DNA of 55,920 bases, taken from positions 1 through 55,920 of the forward strand of contig JAYPKL010000003.1 in NCBI GenBank assembly GCA_038128845.1. Reading direction: 5' to 3'. The position numbers and the translations under genes were made by a program. This document shows, piece by piece, positions 1-9,274 of this stretch; position 1 is the first letter of the stretch; every line of letters begins with the position of its first letter. This DNA is from Candidatus Woesearchaeota archaeon. Lineage in GTDB: Archaea > Nanobdellota > Nanobdellia > UBA10117 > ARS21. The notes under the pieces were generated by a model, which saw only the letters and a list, made by a program, of their open reading frames with translations, had not been told where the DNA came from and searched no databases.

Positions 1-2
1 TA

Positions 3-335
3 AGTACATTTTTACATGAAATTCCAATGGAATTAGCCGATTTTGCACTTCTAGTTAAGTCAGGAATGAAAAAGAAAAAAGCATTATTAATTAATTTTAT
101 TACTGCAATGACTGCAGTTTTAGGAGCTTTAACTGCAATTTATCTCTCTAGTTTTGTACCTAATATTCATAGAATATTATTGGCAATAGGTGTTGGAAAT
201 TTCACTTATATTGCATCTTCAGTATTAATTCCGGAGTTATTCAAAGAAAATGATTATGGAACTTCCGTAATTCATCTAATGTGGATAGTTATTGGAATTG
301 CACTTATGATTGCTTTAATTCCATTAGGAGTATAA
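3..335 (+). CDS. ZIP family metal (Zn/Fe) transporter, C-terminal part (5'-truncated by window edge)
   Basis: Frame open from nt 3 reading STFLHEIPMELADFALL (ZIP HEIPxE motif), followed by hydrophobic helices. Confidence 0.85.
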   Translation, partial: STFLHEIPMELADFALLVKSGMKKKKALLINFITAMTAVLGALTAIYLSSFVPNIHRILLAIGVGNFTYIASSVLIPELFKENDYGTSVIHLMWIVIGIALMIALIPLGV

Positions 336-345
336 TTAACATAAT

Positions 346-789
346 TTATTTTCTATCTTCATTAGAATTCATATAATTCATTACTTTTTTGAAACCTAAT
401 TTTTCAAAAATTTTAACATTTTTATCTTCTGTTAATAATTCAATACCTTGTATTTTTTCTTTCCAATAATTATTTTTTCTGTATTCTCTTAATTTAGAAA
501 CTAAATTATTTGAAATACCTTTATTTCTATATTCTTTTTTTACATAAATATCTTCCAAAGATATTCTAAATTTATTTTCGTAGTTTCTTAAAATTGCACA
601 TAAATTACCAACAAATTCTTCACCATTTTTTGCAACTAAAATCAAATTTTTCTTATTTTTTATTATATCAAAATATGATTTTTCAGAACGTGCACTCCAC
701 CAATCGATTTCTTTTTCTGCAAATTTATCAAGTTCATATAAATTTTTAGCATATTTGGGTGTTGCTCTCAAAATAATAATATCTATCAT
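346..789 (-). CDS. GNAT family N-acetyltransferase
   Basis: Motif A LEDIYVKKEYRNKGIS and C-terminal IFEKLGF. Confidence 0.85.
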   Translation of the reverse strand: MIDIIILRATPKYAKNLYELDKFAEKEIDWWSARSEKSYFDIIKNKKNLILVAKNGEEFVGNLCAILRNYENKFRISLEDIYVKKEYRNKGISNNLVSKLREYRKNNYWKEKIQGIELLTEDKNVKIFEKLGFKKVMNYMNSNEDRK

Positions 790-829
790 ATAATAAAATA
801 TTATTAAATTTATAAAAATATATTAGTTA

Positions 830-903
830 TGCACCCAGAGGGATTTGAACCCGCGACCCCCTGCTTACAAGGCAGGTGCTCTACCGAACTGAGCTATGGA
901 TGC
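830..903 (-). tRNA. tRNA-Thr(TGT)
   Basis: Cloverleaf GCATCCA...TGGGTGC-A; anticodon arm CCTGC-CT TGT AA-GCAGG; T-loop TTCAAAT; one C-T mismatch in T-stem. Confidence 0.95.
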
Positions 904-942
904 ATGAATTCTCATTTTTATAGATATTTTTAAAAGTTTCGA

Positions 943-1599
943 CTATAGCTTAGACAGATAGTTTTTGATAAATTTAATATCATCTTGATTAACTCTCACT
1001 TTAGCTATATTATTTTTGGCTTCTTGTTTATATTTTCCTAAGTCTTCTTTTTCTAATTTAATATATGTATCAAATCCTTTTTTCTTTGAAGCACCATAAT
1101 CTACATTTAATTTTCTAAAACTAAGTATTGATTTCATAATTTTTTCTGCTTTTTTTGAAGATGTTAGAAGATAAATTGATTTATTCTTTAATATTGAATC
1201 TGCTATTTTTTCTTTAGTTTTTCTTGAAATAATAAGATCTGTTGCAAGATATTCCGATATTACAAATTTAGCTCGATTAGAAAAATCAAGAATTAGTTCG
1301 GAAGTATATTCGTCTTCAATTCTTTTATTTATTTTTTTATAGTAATCTGATTTAGATTTTATTTGAGGCCATAAATTTGATTCAGCAATCAAAAAAGAAA
1401 CGTTATTTGATTTAAATTCGAGACTTAAATCGTCCATAAACATATCATATTTTAGTTTAACAAATTCTGTAAGAGAGAGATAGTTTCTTATTTTTTTAAG
1501 TAAAAATTTTTTATGACGCATTACGTTCACCCTTACAAATTGGGCAATAATGCGTACCTTCATGATTTTTGTCTTTATTACATTCATGAGATCCGCCAC
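943..1599 (-). CDS. hypothetical protein between two tRNAs (start uncertain)
   Basis: 218-aa Lys-rich ORF, no recognised motif. Confidence 0.55.
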   Translation of the reverse strand: MADLMNVIKTKIMKVRIIAQFVRVNVMRHKKFLLKKIRNYLSLTEFVKLKYDMFMDDLSLEFKSNNVSFLIAESNLWPQIKSKSDYYKKINKRIEDEYTSELILDFSNRAKFVISEYLATDLIISRKTKEKIADSILKNKSIYLLTSSKKAEKIMKSILSFRKLNVDYGASKKKGFDTYIKLEKEDLGKYKQEAKNNIAKVRVNQDDIKFIKNYLSKL

Positions 1600-1655
1600 A
1601 AACCTTTATTTTACATTCCATAAAAAATTAGTTAGTTTTATTATAAAAGATTTTA

Positions 1656-1730
1656 CGGGCCTGACAGGATTTGAACCCGCGACCTATCGGTTAAGAGCCG
1701 ATCGCTCTGACCAGACTGAGCTACAAGCCC
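1656..1730 (-). tRNA. tRNA-Lys(CTT)
   Basis: GGGCTTG/CAGGCCC acceptor; ATCGG-CT CTT AA-CCGAT anticodon arm. Confidence 0.95.
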
Positions 1731-1795
1731 GCATAGATATTTTTTATTAGTTTATTTATAAACATATCTAATTAGTACTTCAAAACTCAGTATAA

Positions 1796-1903
1796 TTATA
1801 ATACTTGACTTGCAATAAGGAATCCAGCAATTAATCCAATTAATAATCCTTGGATAAATTCTTTAATTCCATATTCAACTTCTTCTCTTGTTAATCTTGC
1901 CAT
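1796..1903 (-). CDS. 35-aa single-pass membrane microprotein (not in ORF track)
   Basis: MARLTREEVEYGIKEFIQGLLIGLIAGFLIASQVL; ATG 3 nt after the stop of the upstream co-oriented gene; GxxxG-rich TM helix. Confidence 0.6.
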   Translation of the reverse strand: MARLTREEVEYGIKEFIQGLLIGLIAGFLIASQVL

Positions 1904-1906
1904 AAT

Positions 1907-2140
1907 TTAACCTCTATTTTTACCAGGTAGTACTTCTCTTACTTCAATAATACCCAGCATGATTAAAACTGCACCAGGACCAAAGAATAAAATTATTGAT
2001 ACTACATCCATTAATCCATAGATTTGAGCTCCAGGAATTAGAATTTTATTAGCAATTATCATTGCACTTACTAATCCAAAACCTAACCAAATAGCACCTA
2101 CAAAAATTTGTAATAATCCAATAAGTTCATGTATTTGCAT
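1907..2140 (-). CDS. small two-TM membrane protein
   Basis: Two hydrophobic helices; probable start MQIHEL at 2140. Confidence 0.65.
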   Translation of the reverse strand: MQIHELIGLLQIFVGAIWLGFGLVSAMIIANKILIPGAQIYGLMDVVSIILFFGPGAVLIMLGIIEVREVLPGKNRG

Positions 2141-2256
2141 ATTGTGTTTAACCATATAGGATATACAAAGCTTTATTTATAACAATAATTAACTATTACA
2201 AAGTAACAAATTTAAAGTCGAAAGGTTTATAATTAAAAATATTCCGAAAAATAGAT

Positions 2257-2329
2257 GGGGCCATGGGGTAGTTTGGTATCCTCTCTGGTTTGGGACCGGG
2301 TGACCGCAGTTCAAATCTGCGTGGCCCCG
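2257..2329 (+). tRNA. tRNA-Pro(TGG)
   Basis: GGGGCCA/TGGCCCC acceptor; anticodon loop TT TGG GA; T-arm CGCAG-TTCAAAT-CTGCG. Confidence 0.95.
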
Positions 2330-2333
2330 TAGT

Positions 2334-2406
2334 GCGGGTGTAGTGTAGCCTGGTATCACTCTGCGTTGCCAACGCAGCGACCCGAGTTCAAATCTCGGCA
2401 CTCGCA
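2334..2406 (+). tRNA. tRNA-Gly(GCC)
   Basis: GCGGGTG/CACTCGC acceptor; CTGCG-TT GCC AA-CGCAG; 4 nt after tRNA-Pro. Confidence 0.95.
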
Positions 2407-2416
2407 TACAATTAAA

Positions 2417-2695
2417 ATGAAAGTTTTAGAAATAACAAAAAAAGAGTTAGAAGGAAAAAAAGTTAATTTTATCGATGTTAGAACTAAAGAAGAACACAAT
2501 TCAGGACATATCGACGGAGATATACATATTCCTGTTTCTGAATTAGAATCTAGAAAAGAAGAACTTGATAAAAATAAAGAATATGTTTTATATTGTCAAA
2601 GAGGTACAAGATCGCTATACGGAGCTATATATCTAATTTCTAAAGGATATAAAGTTAAGTCTTTGAAAGGCGGATATTCAAATTATATAAAATAA
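2417..2695 (+). CDS. rhodanese-like domain protein
   Basis: IDVRTKEEHNSGHI and YCQRGTRS motifs; start moved to ATG 2417 because the track start lies inside tRNA-Gly. Confidence 0.9.
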   Translation: MKVLEITKKELEGKKVNFIDVRTKEEHNSGHIDGDIHIPVSELESRKEELDKNKEYVLYCQRGTRSLYGAIYLISKGYKVKSLKGGYSNYIK

Positions 2696-2743
2696 TCACT
2701 GCTTAGTAACACTTATAAATCTTAATTAAAAACAATTTTTGCA

Positions 2744-3352
2744 ATGGACGAACTAGATATATATAGAATTTGTATTGAAAATAACATAAATCCAAATAAT
2801 GTTGTTAATATGGAATTTTTAGAGAATGAAAGAGGAGGTACTAATTTACGTATTCAGTATTATGAAGAATCAGATTTGATGCCTCATATAAACCATAATA
2901 CCACCATTAATATAACTAAAACTAAAAATTCATATAATCCTGATTTTGACTTTCCTGAAAATTTTGAATTATCAAATAAATTATTCGAAGAATATTGGAA
3001 TAAAAAAATACAAAAACACGGTAGTTTAGAAAATGCACTTTGGACAATTCACAAAATCGGAATCAATCCGAATATTAGAGAAAATAATAATGCTTATTTA
3101 GAAAATAATAATTTAAATCAAGTATCAGAAGCTATTTCAATTAATGAAGACACATCTGATCTTGAACATAAAATGAGACAAATGAGAAATATCGCCAATT
3201 CAATAAACTTACCGAGAAATTGTTTAACTGATAAACAACATTATAATGGTCTAAAACAATCAGTAAATTCTATAACTCCCGGAGATCGATCTTCTTATTC
3301 TTCTTTAGAAAGATCACTTAATGAATTAAAGAAAAATTGGGGAAATATTTAG
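2744..3352 (+). CDS. hypothetical protein
   Basis: 202-aa Asn-rich ORF with TATA-like box about 31 nt upstream. Confidence 0.6.
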   Translation: MDELDIYRICIENNINPNNVVNMEFLENERGGTNLRIQYYEESDLMPHINHNTTINITKTKNSYNPDFDFPENFELSNKLFEEYWNKKIQKHGSLENALWTIHKIGINPNIRENNNAYLENNNLNQVSEAISINEDTSDLEHKMRQMRNIANSINLPRNCLTDKQHYNGLKQSVNSITPGDRSSYSSLERSLNELKKNWGNI

Positions 3353-3447
3353 ATTTATAGTCTAAAGTAAACAATAAGCTTTCAGTATAGTGTTTTTGTA
3401 AAAAATTAAATAAAAAGATTTAAAAAGTCATTATTTAAAAGTTTCTA

Positions 3448-3490
3448 GAGCACATTTCACCTCCGAAGTGCCATACTTCATTATGTGCTC
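3448..3490 (+). promoter_or_regulatory. structured 5' leader (8-bp closing stem plus inner hairpin)
   Basis: GAGCACAT(3448-3455) pairs with ATGTGCTC(3483-3490); inner GAAGT-GCCAT-ACTTC hairpin; begins 29 nt after TTTAAAAA at 3419. Confidence 0.6.
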
Positions 3491-3499
3491 TTATTTAAG

Positions 3500-6400
3500 A
3501 TGGACTTCTTTGAAAAACATGAAGAAATTACAGAAAAAGGATTTGATCTAGATAATAAACTTAAAAATAGTACATCTTTTTCAGAATTATTTAACACAGT
3601 AGATTCTATTGAAGAATTATATAAAGAATCTGATAAATTACTACTTGAATCAGAATCTATAAATTCAAATTCTAATAAAAAATCTAAATCTTCAGTATTA
3701 TATAAAGTTGTTAAACCAGTTTTAGCAGCATCATCTATTTTAACTAGCGCAATTATGGGTTCAGGAATTGCTAAAGAATTATCAAATAATACTCTTGAAG
3801 ATATTATTTTTGAACCAATGTATTCTTCAGAAAATACAAATTCAATAAATTTAATTGATAATTTATACCAAATAAATAACGGAAGAATTAATCACGAATT
3901 TACTCCAGATAAAATATATGATCATGAAGAAAAAGTTTTGATAGAATCTAATCCGGGAGAAATTACTTTAACTTCAAAAAATATAGAATTTGATTTAAGA
4001 GATACCCAAGATAATTTAATTTATGAAACAAATAACGGTTATAATTTATTTAATTCATTAGGACGGAGTGGAGAAAGGGAAAATAAAAATATTGATAAAA
4101 TAAATATTAACAAAGAAAATTGTTTGGATGAATATAATTTATCTTTAAATGAAAAAATCTTCCTTAAACCAGGTATTGTACTTAATTACGGAGAAGAACC
4201 GTGGAAAAAATTTGTTACAGATAATAATCAAATAATACATACTACTAATGTGGATACCTCTAATGAATCTTCTAGAATTTTTAATGTCGGAGATACATTA
4301 GATTTTATAGACAATTATACTAAATTTTCAGGAATTGATTCTGATGGCGATTTTATTGTTGATAGAAATATAAATAAAAATTTTTTAAGTGAAAAGCTAT
4401 GGATTGGATCAAATAACTATATTAATTCAGACGTTAGAACAGATATATCAATTAATAGTTTAAATAGAATTAGTTTACCAGAAAATTACGAATCATCTCA
4501 ATCAGACTATTTTGCCTCCTTTGAAACAATATTTATACGTGAGGATGTAGTAAAACAAAATATCGATCTACCATTAAATCAACAAAAGAAGATAAATATT
4601 TCTGATGGATTAGAGATTAAAAGATTACAAAATTCAAATACAGATTATACGGATCTTATTGAAATAACATACAATGATTCAATGGGCGATAATCAATTTG
4701 AAAGAATTTTATTTAATAAATCATATAATCGTCAATCTAATATAGATAATCCTAATTCAGATATATGGATTGAATATAATTCTGAAAATAATTTATATAG
4801 TGTAAGAAAATCTAACGATATAGAAATTCCAATAAATATTTGTAATCAAAATAGTAATTCTATATTATTTAGTAATATAAACAGAGACTTAATTAAAGGT
4901 AATGAGTTTGTAAACGGAGAAAATACAATCATGCCTTCTAAGTTAGACAAAATAAATTTTTCAAAAAATGATAACTCAAATAATAATTTTACAATAACTG
5001 CAAATTTTTCAAAAATCGATTTAGTTTCTCCGTATATAGGCGATTTTAATTCTTTTGAATTTAATTCAAATTTAGATTTTGGTATCCGGGAAGAAAATCT
5101 AAAAAACGTTAATGTCAAGTTAAATGGATTAAATCAAAATTATAATATTAAAGATACTAACAAAGCAGATAGAAAAATTTTACAAATAGAAAATATCAGT
5201 AATTTAAATAAAGGATCCAATAATTTAGAAATAATATTAGAAGACTTATCAAATAATAAAAGAAACTATAATTTAGAAATATATAAATATATACCAAAAA
5301 ATATGGATTCAAATTTAATTGATACTTCTATAGATCATAAAGATAATAATGTAAATTATTTCATTGCTTTCGATAATAAACATGATAAAAATATTACATT
5401 AAATATTTTAGATAAAGATAAAAATAAATTGATATCAAAAAATTTAGATTTTCTTCTTAATAATACCGAAACAAATTATGATAGAGGTTTTATAAATTTA
5501 AATATAGATTGTGAAGACACAAATGAATTAAATTATGAAATAATTGAAAATATTGATAACTATAATATAATAAGAGTATCTGAAGACGGAGATCATAGTG
5601 CTTATGATTATTGGGGTTATTTTAAGGAAAATGGATCAAAAGTAAAAATTGACAATTTAGAAGTATTAGAAGATAATAAATCATACAGATTAAATTTTAC
5701 AATAGATAATAAAAATCATAGCATAGTTAATACAAAAGAAGGAGATGAATTATATGAAAAACTAAATTCATTAAATATTGAAAATATTGATAATCGATTG
5801 TTTGTTCCAGAATTAGATAAATATTTTGTTTTAACGGCAGAAGGCAATAATCAATCAGGTTTTTATTACCATTTACACTCATTCAATAAAGAATTAATTC
5901 AAAATATAAATTATAAAAATAACTTAATTAGAGAAAATATTAATCAAGATTCATTTGAAGATTCAGTGTTTATAGATGAAAATTTGATAAGAGATTATCC
6001 CGAATTTTCAGATTACTTAAATCAAACATTAAATTTATCTATTTCAGAAAAAGAAAATAATAAAATAAATCTACTTGATGTTACCAATAAGGATAAATTA
6101 ATTATATCCGAAGAAGAATCTTATCATTTAAACATTAAAGATTCAGATAATAATAATATTATGAATCGTACTGAATATTTCTCTAATAATAAATTTGCTC
6201 CAACTTCAGATAGAAATGAAGTGTTTAGATTATCAAATAAAAATAATTTAGAAGAAAAATTAGCTGAAGGTAAGATAAATTTGGATTGCGATATTAAAGT
6301 ACCAGAAAATCCTATATATAATCAAACAAATGAAACAGAAAATCCAATATATAATCAAACAAATGAAACAGAAAATCCAATATATAATCAAACAAATGAA

Positions 6401-6733
6401 ACAGAATTACCAAAAAACCCAGTATATAATCAAACTGAAGTAAAAAATGAAACAGAAGTTACAAATGAATCTGAGTTAGAATCCGTAATTGAAGATTTTA
6501 TTGGACCCAAAGAAACTAATGAAACTATAATTTACCGAGAAAATGAAAACTCTTATTCAGGTAAAGATTTAGCAATTGTTGGCGGATTGGCCTCAGGAAT
6601 TACAGGATTAGTTGGTGCTATATATAGTAAACTTTCTAGAAAAAATAAAGATAAGAAAGAAAAGGAATTAGCTAATATTTACGACGCAACACAAGAGATA
6701 GAAGATAATTTATTTGATAATCAGTACGATTAA
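3500..6733 (+). CDS. large membrane-anchored surface glycoprotein-like protein
   Basis: About 1077 aa, Asn-rich; hydrophobic segments near both termini; many NxS/T sequons in a stalk-like repeat region; ATG 3500 preferred over GTG 3485, which lies inside the leader stem. Confidence 0.65.
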   Translation: MDFFEKHEEITEKGFDLDNKLKNSTSFSELFNTVDSIEELYKESDKLLLESESINSNSNKKSKSSVLYKVVKPVLAASSILTSAIMGSGIAKELSNNTLEDIIFEPMYSSENTNSINLIDNLYQINNGRINHEFTPDKIYDHEEKVLIESNPGEITLTSKNIEFDLRDTQDNLIYETNNGYNLFNSLGRSGERENKNIDKININKENCLDEYNLSLNEKIFLKPGIVLNYGEEPWKKFVTDNNQIIHTTNVDTSNESSRIFNVGDTLDFIDNYTKFSGIDSDGDFIVDRNINKNFLSEKLWIGSNNYINSDVRTDISINSLNRISLPENYESSQSDYFASFETIFIREDVVKQNIDLPLNQQKKINISDGLEIKRLQNSNTDYTDLIEITYNDSMGDNQFERILFNKSYNRQSNIDNPNSDIWIEYNSENNLYSVRKSNDIEIPINICNQNSNSILFSNINRDLIKGNEFVNGENTIMPSKLDKINFSKNDNSNNNFTITANFSKIDLVSPYIGDFNSFEFNSNLDFGIREENLKNVNVKLNGLNQNYNIKDTNKADRKILQIENISNLNKGSNNLEIILEDLSNNKRNYNLEIYKYIPKNMDSNLIDTSIDHKDNNVNYFIAFDNKHDKNITLNILDKDKNKLISKNLDFLLNNTETNYDRGFINLNIDCEDTNELNYEIIENIDNYNIIRVSEDGDHSAYDYWGYFKENGSKVKIDNLEVLEDNKSYRLNFTIDNKNHSIVNTKEGDELYEKLNSLNIENIDNRLFVPELDKYFVLTAEGNNQSGFYYHLHSFNKELIQNINYKNNLIRENINQDSFEDSVFIDENLIRDYPEFSDYLNQTLNLSISEKENNKINLLDVTNKDKLIISEEESYHLNIKDSDNNNIMNRTEYFSNNKFAPTSDRNEVFRLSNKNNLEEKLAEGKINLDCDIKVPENPIYNQTNETENPIYNQTNETENPIYNQTNETELPKNPVYNQTEVKNETEVTNESELESVIEDFIGPKETNETIIYRENENSYSGKDLAIVGGLASGITGLVGAIYSKLSRKNKDKKEKELANIYDATQEIEDNLFDNQYD
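6305..6403 (+). repeat. 3 x 33-bp in-frame tandem repeat (ENPIYNQTNET)
   Basis: gaaaatccWatatataatcaaacaaatgaaaca at 6305, 6338 and 6371, plus a degenerate fourth copy. Confidence 0.95.
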
Positions 6734-7059
6734 TGAATTTCTGAACCGTTTTTGACTTTCTTTTCAGGAGAAATAAAGATTACATTTTTACCATCGTCTG
6801 CACATAATATCATTCCTTCAGAAATTTCTCCTCGCATTTTTCTTGCTGGAAGATTTACAATAAATACGGCTTGTTTTCCTTTTAAATCTTCAATTTTATA
6901 GTATTCTTTTATTCCAGATAATATTTGTCTTTTGAAAGAACCAAAATTTACTTGTAATTTATATAATTTATCTGCACCTTTTATTTCTTCAACTTTTGTA
7001 ATTTTTCCAACTCTTAAATCCAGTTTTGCAAAATCATCGATGTTAATTTCAGTTTTCAT
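6730..7059 (-). CDS. stand-alone tRNA-binding OB-fold protein (MetRS C-terminal/Trbp111/CsaA-like)
   Basis: DFAKLDLRVGKI, RQILSGI and NLPARKMRGEISEGMIL motifs. Confidence 0.9.
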   Translation of the reverse strand: MKTEINIDDFAKLDLRVGKITKVEEIKGADKLYKLQVNFGSFKRQILSGIKEYYKIEDLKGKQAVFIVNLPARKMRGEISEGMILCADDGKNVIFISPEKKVKNGSEIH

Positions 7060-8539
7060 ATTTAGTAAATAAGTATTCTCCTTTATTTATTTTTTGTCCA
7101 ATTTTAATTTTATCAGATTTAAATTTTGGAATATTTTTTAGTCCTAGTTTTTTTGATATTTCAATGGATTTTGACGGAATTATAGGATATATTAATGCAC
7201 AGATTAGTTTAAGAGATTCTGCAAGATTGTATAATACATTTTCTTTTTCTTTGCCCGATAAAGTCCAAGGTTTTTTTATGTCAATATATTCATTTATACT
7301 TGAAATGAAATTCCAAATATTTGAAACAGCCATATGAAATTCAAAATCTTCTATGTTTTTGTCAATATTTTTTAGTAGTTTTTTATAGTTTGATTCAATT
7401 TTTTTATCTAATTTTCCTGACGGAATTTTACCTCCAGATTTTTCAATTAAATTTAGTGATCTAGAAACCAAATTACCCAGATTATTTGATAGTTCTGTGT
7501 TATGTTTTGTTATTAAATCGGATTCGTCATAACTTACATCTTGATTTGACGGGGCTCTAAGTAAATAATATCTTAGAGAGCTTGCACCATACTTATTTAC
7601 TTGTTCAATAGGATCAACAACATTTCCTAAGGACTTTGACATTTTTTTACCATCTTTGTCATTTACAAAACCGTGAGCCAAAAGTTTTTTTGGCAGTTTT
7701 AATTTAGCAGATAATAACATAGCAGGCCAATATATTGCATGAAATCTTGAAATATCTTTACCAATAATGTGTGCATCAGCAGGCCAAATTTTTTGATAAT
7801 TTTTTTCATCAAATCCATATCCGATTCCAGTAATATAATTAGATAATGCATCAGCCCAAACATACATTACTTGATTTTTATCATTTGGAACAGGAATACC
7901 CCACGGGAGTTTAGATTTTACTCTTGAAAAAGAAATGTCTTGTAAATCTTCTTTAAGAAAAGAAATTAATTCATTTTTAACTGCTTTTGGTTGTACTTTG
8001 TATTTTTCTTTACTTAATATTTGAATTAATTTGTTTTGATATTTAGATAGTTTAAAAAAATAATTTTCTTCTTCTACAATTTCTAATTTTTTACCGGGAT
8101 GATATTCACAAAAACTATCTATTAATTCACTATCGGTTTTGAAAGATTCGCAACCAATACAATAATTGGCATTATATTTTTTTAGAAATAAATCTCCAGA
8201 TTTAATTAGTTCATTCCAAAGTTTTTGAACACCAGGCCAGTGAATTTTTTTATCAGAAGTTCTTATAAAATTATTATAATCTATATTTAGTTTTTTATAG
8301 AATTCTTTAAATTTTTTAGAATTTGAATCAACTAGTTTTTTTGGAGTTGTATTTTTTTCTTTAGCTGTATTAAATATTTTAATTCCATGTTCATCTGTAC
8401 CGGTTTGATAATGAGTATTTTCTCCTTTCTGTATATAGTAACGATTATAGAAATCTGCTAAAATTTTTTCATATGCATGACCTATATGTGGTTCAGAATT
8501 TGGGTAGTCTATTGCTGTTGTTATATATCTAATTTTCAA
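7049..8539 (-). CDS. metG: methionyl-tRNA synthetase (catalytic and anticodon domains)
   Basis: YITTAIDYPN..PHIGH (HIGH), KMSKSLGN, single Zn knuckle CxxC..CxxH; TTG start preceded by AGGAG. Confidence 0.95.
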   Translation of the reverse strand: MKIRYITTAIDYPNSEPHIGHAYEKILADFYNRYYIQKGENTHYQTGTDEHGIKIFNTAKEKNTTPKKLVDSNSKKFKEFYKKLNIDYNNFIRTSDKKIHWPGVQKLWNELIKSGDLFLKKYNANYCIGCESFKTDSELIDSFCEYHPGKKLEIVEEENYFFKLSKYQNKLIQILSKEKYKVQPKAVKNELISFLKEDLQDISFSRVKSKLPWGIPVPNDKNQVMYVWADALSNYITGIGYGFDEKNYQKIWPADAHIIGKDISRFHAIYWPAMLLSAKLKLPKKLLAHGFVNDKDGKKMSKSLGNVVDPIEQVNKYGASSLRYYLLRAPSNQDVSYDESDLITKHNTELSNNLGNLVSRSLNLIEKSGGKIPSGKLDKKIESNYKKLLKNIDKNIEDFEFHMAVSNIWNFISSINEYIDIKKPWTLSGKEKENVLYNLAESLKLICALIYPIIPSKSIEISKKLGLKNIPKFKSDKIKIGQKINKGEYLFTKYEN

Positions 8540-8592
8540 TCTATTCTCCTTTTTATAAAAAAGTATAAATAACTTAAAAATTTAATTAATTT

Positions 8593-8805
8593 ATGTGGTT
8601 TTGGTTAACAAGTAAAATTCATGAGAATATTGTTTTGATTCTATTTGTTATAGTATTGGGATTATTATTTTTCCCTGAACCTACTACAAATGCAGCTGGA
8701 AACGCAGCAGGTGCAATAAAACCAGCTTCTGAATTGGCCATTTATACTTCCAAAGGTATTTTTAATATAACTTCAGGTATTTATGAAGCAATGTTTACTC
8801 AATAA
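8593..8805 (+). CDS. small single-pass membrane protein
   Basis: 70 aa, N-terminal TM helix. Confidence 0.65.
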   Translation: MWFWLTSKIHENIVLILFVIVLGLLFFPEPTTNAAGNAAGAIKPASELAIYTSKGIFNITSGIYEAMFTQ

Positions 8806-8841
8806 CTAAAATGTTTTTATATATTTCAAGTTAATTATTAT

Positions 8842-8979
8842 ATGAGGCACGAATTATTCTGGTTTACAGTATTTATTCTATTCTTAGGACTATATTTTGA
8901 TACCGAAGTTACAAAAGAATTTGTGCAAGGCTTTTTAGTAAGAACATCTGAGATTTTAGTACAATTAGCAGGCAAATAA
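8842..8979 (+). CDS. 45-aa membrane microprotein, apparent paralog of 8593-8805 (not in ORF track)
   Basis: MRHELFWFTVFILFLGLYFDTEVTKEFVQGFLVRTSEILVQLAGK; TTTATATA 26 nt upstream; shares HE..F..LGL.F..E.T with its neighbour. Confidence 0.6.
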   Translation: MRHELFWFTVFILFLGLYFDTEVTKEFVQGFLVRTSEILVQLAGK

Positions 8980-9043
8980 AAACGTTTATAAATAAAATTT
9001 AAGATACTTGTATGAGCAAAGCTCAAAAAAATAAGTGATAAAA

Positions 9044-9274
9044 ATGGTAGAATTTAAGACACTGAGCTCCGAAGATTTAAAATTCGGTAAAAACAATTTC
9101 GTCGAAGTTGCTAGGAAAGTAGCTATTACAGAAGACGGTGAAAACGAATTCGTATCCTTGTCAAGAGGATTTTACACCGAAGAAGGTGAAAAAAGATACG
9201 CAAGAGGTAAAAACATAGCTTTACCAGCAGATTCTGACTTATTAAAAAAGATTTCAGAATTATTAGCAGAATAG
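9044..9274 (+). CDS. conserved small archaeal protein, possibly PC4-like nucleic-acid binding
   Basis: MVEFKT..FGKNNFVEVARK..ENEFVSLSRGF pattern resembles a small archaeal family (from memory); GTGAT SD-like motif upstream of ATG 9044. Confidence 0.6.
   Translation: MVEFKTLSSEDLKFGKNNFVEVARKVAITEDGENEFVSLSRGFYTEEGEKRYARGKNIALPADSDLLKKISELLAE

Noticed and set aside
1550-2416. Track ORFs 1550-1750 and 2189-2407, and the N-terminal extension of 2366-2695
   Set aside because: They are read through or antisense to tRNA-Lys, -Pro and -Gly; GC-rich tRNA sequence creates spurious open frames.
8838-9026. Minus-strand 62-aa ORF
   Set aside because: The plus strand holds a better candidate (8842-8979) with a TATA box, a TM helix and similarity to its neighbour.
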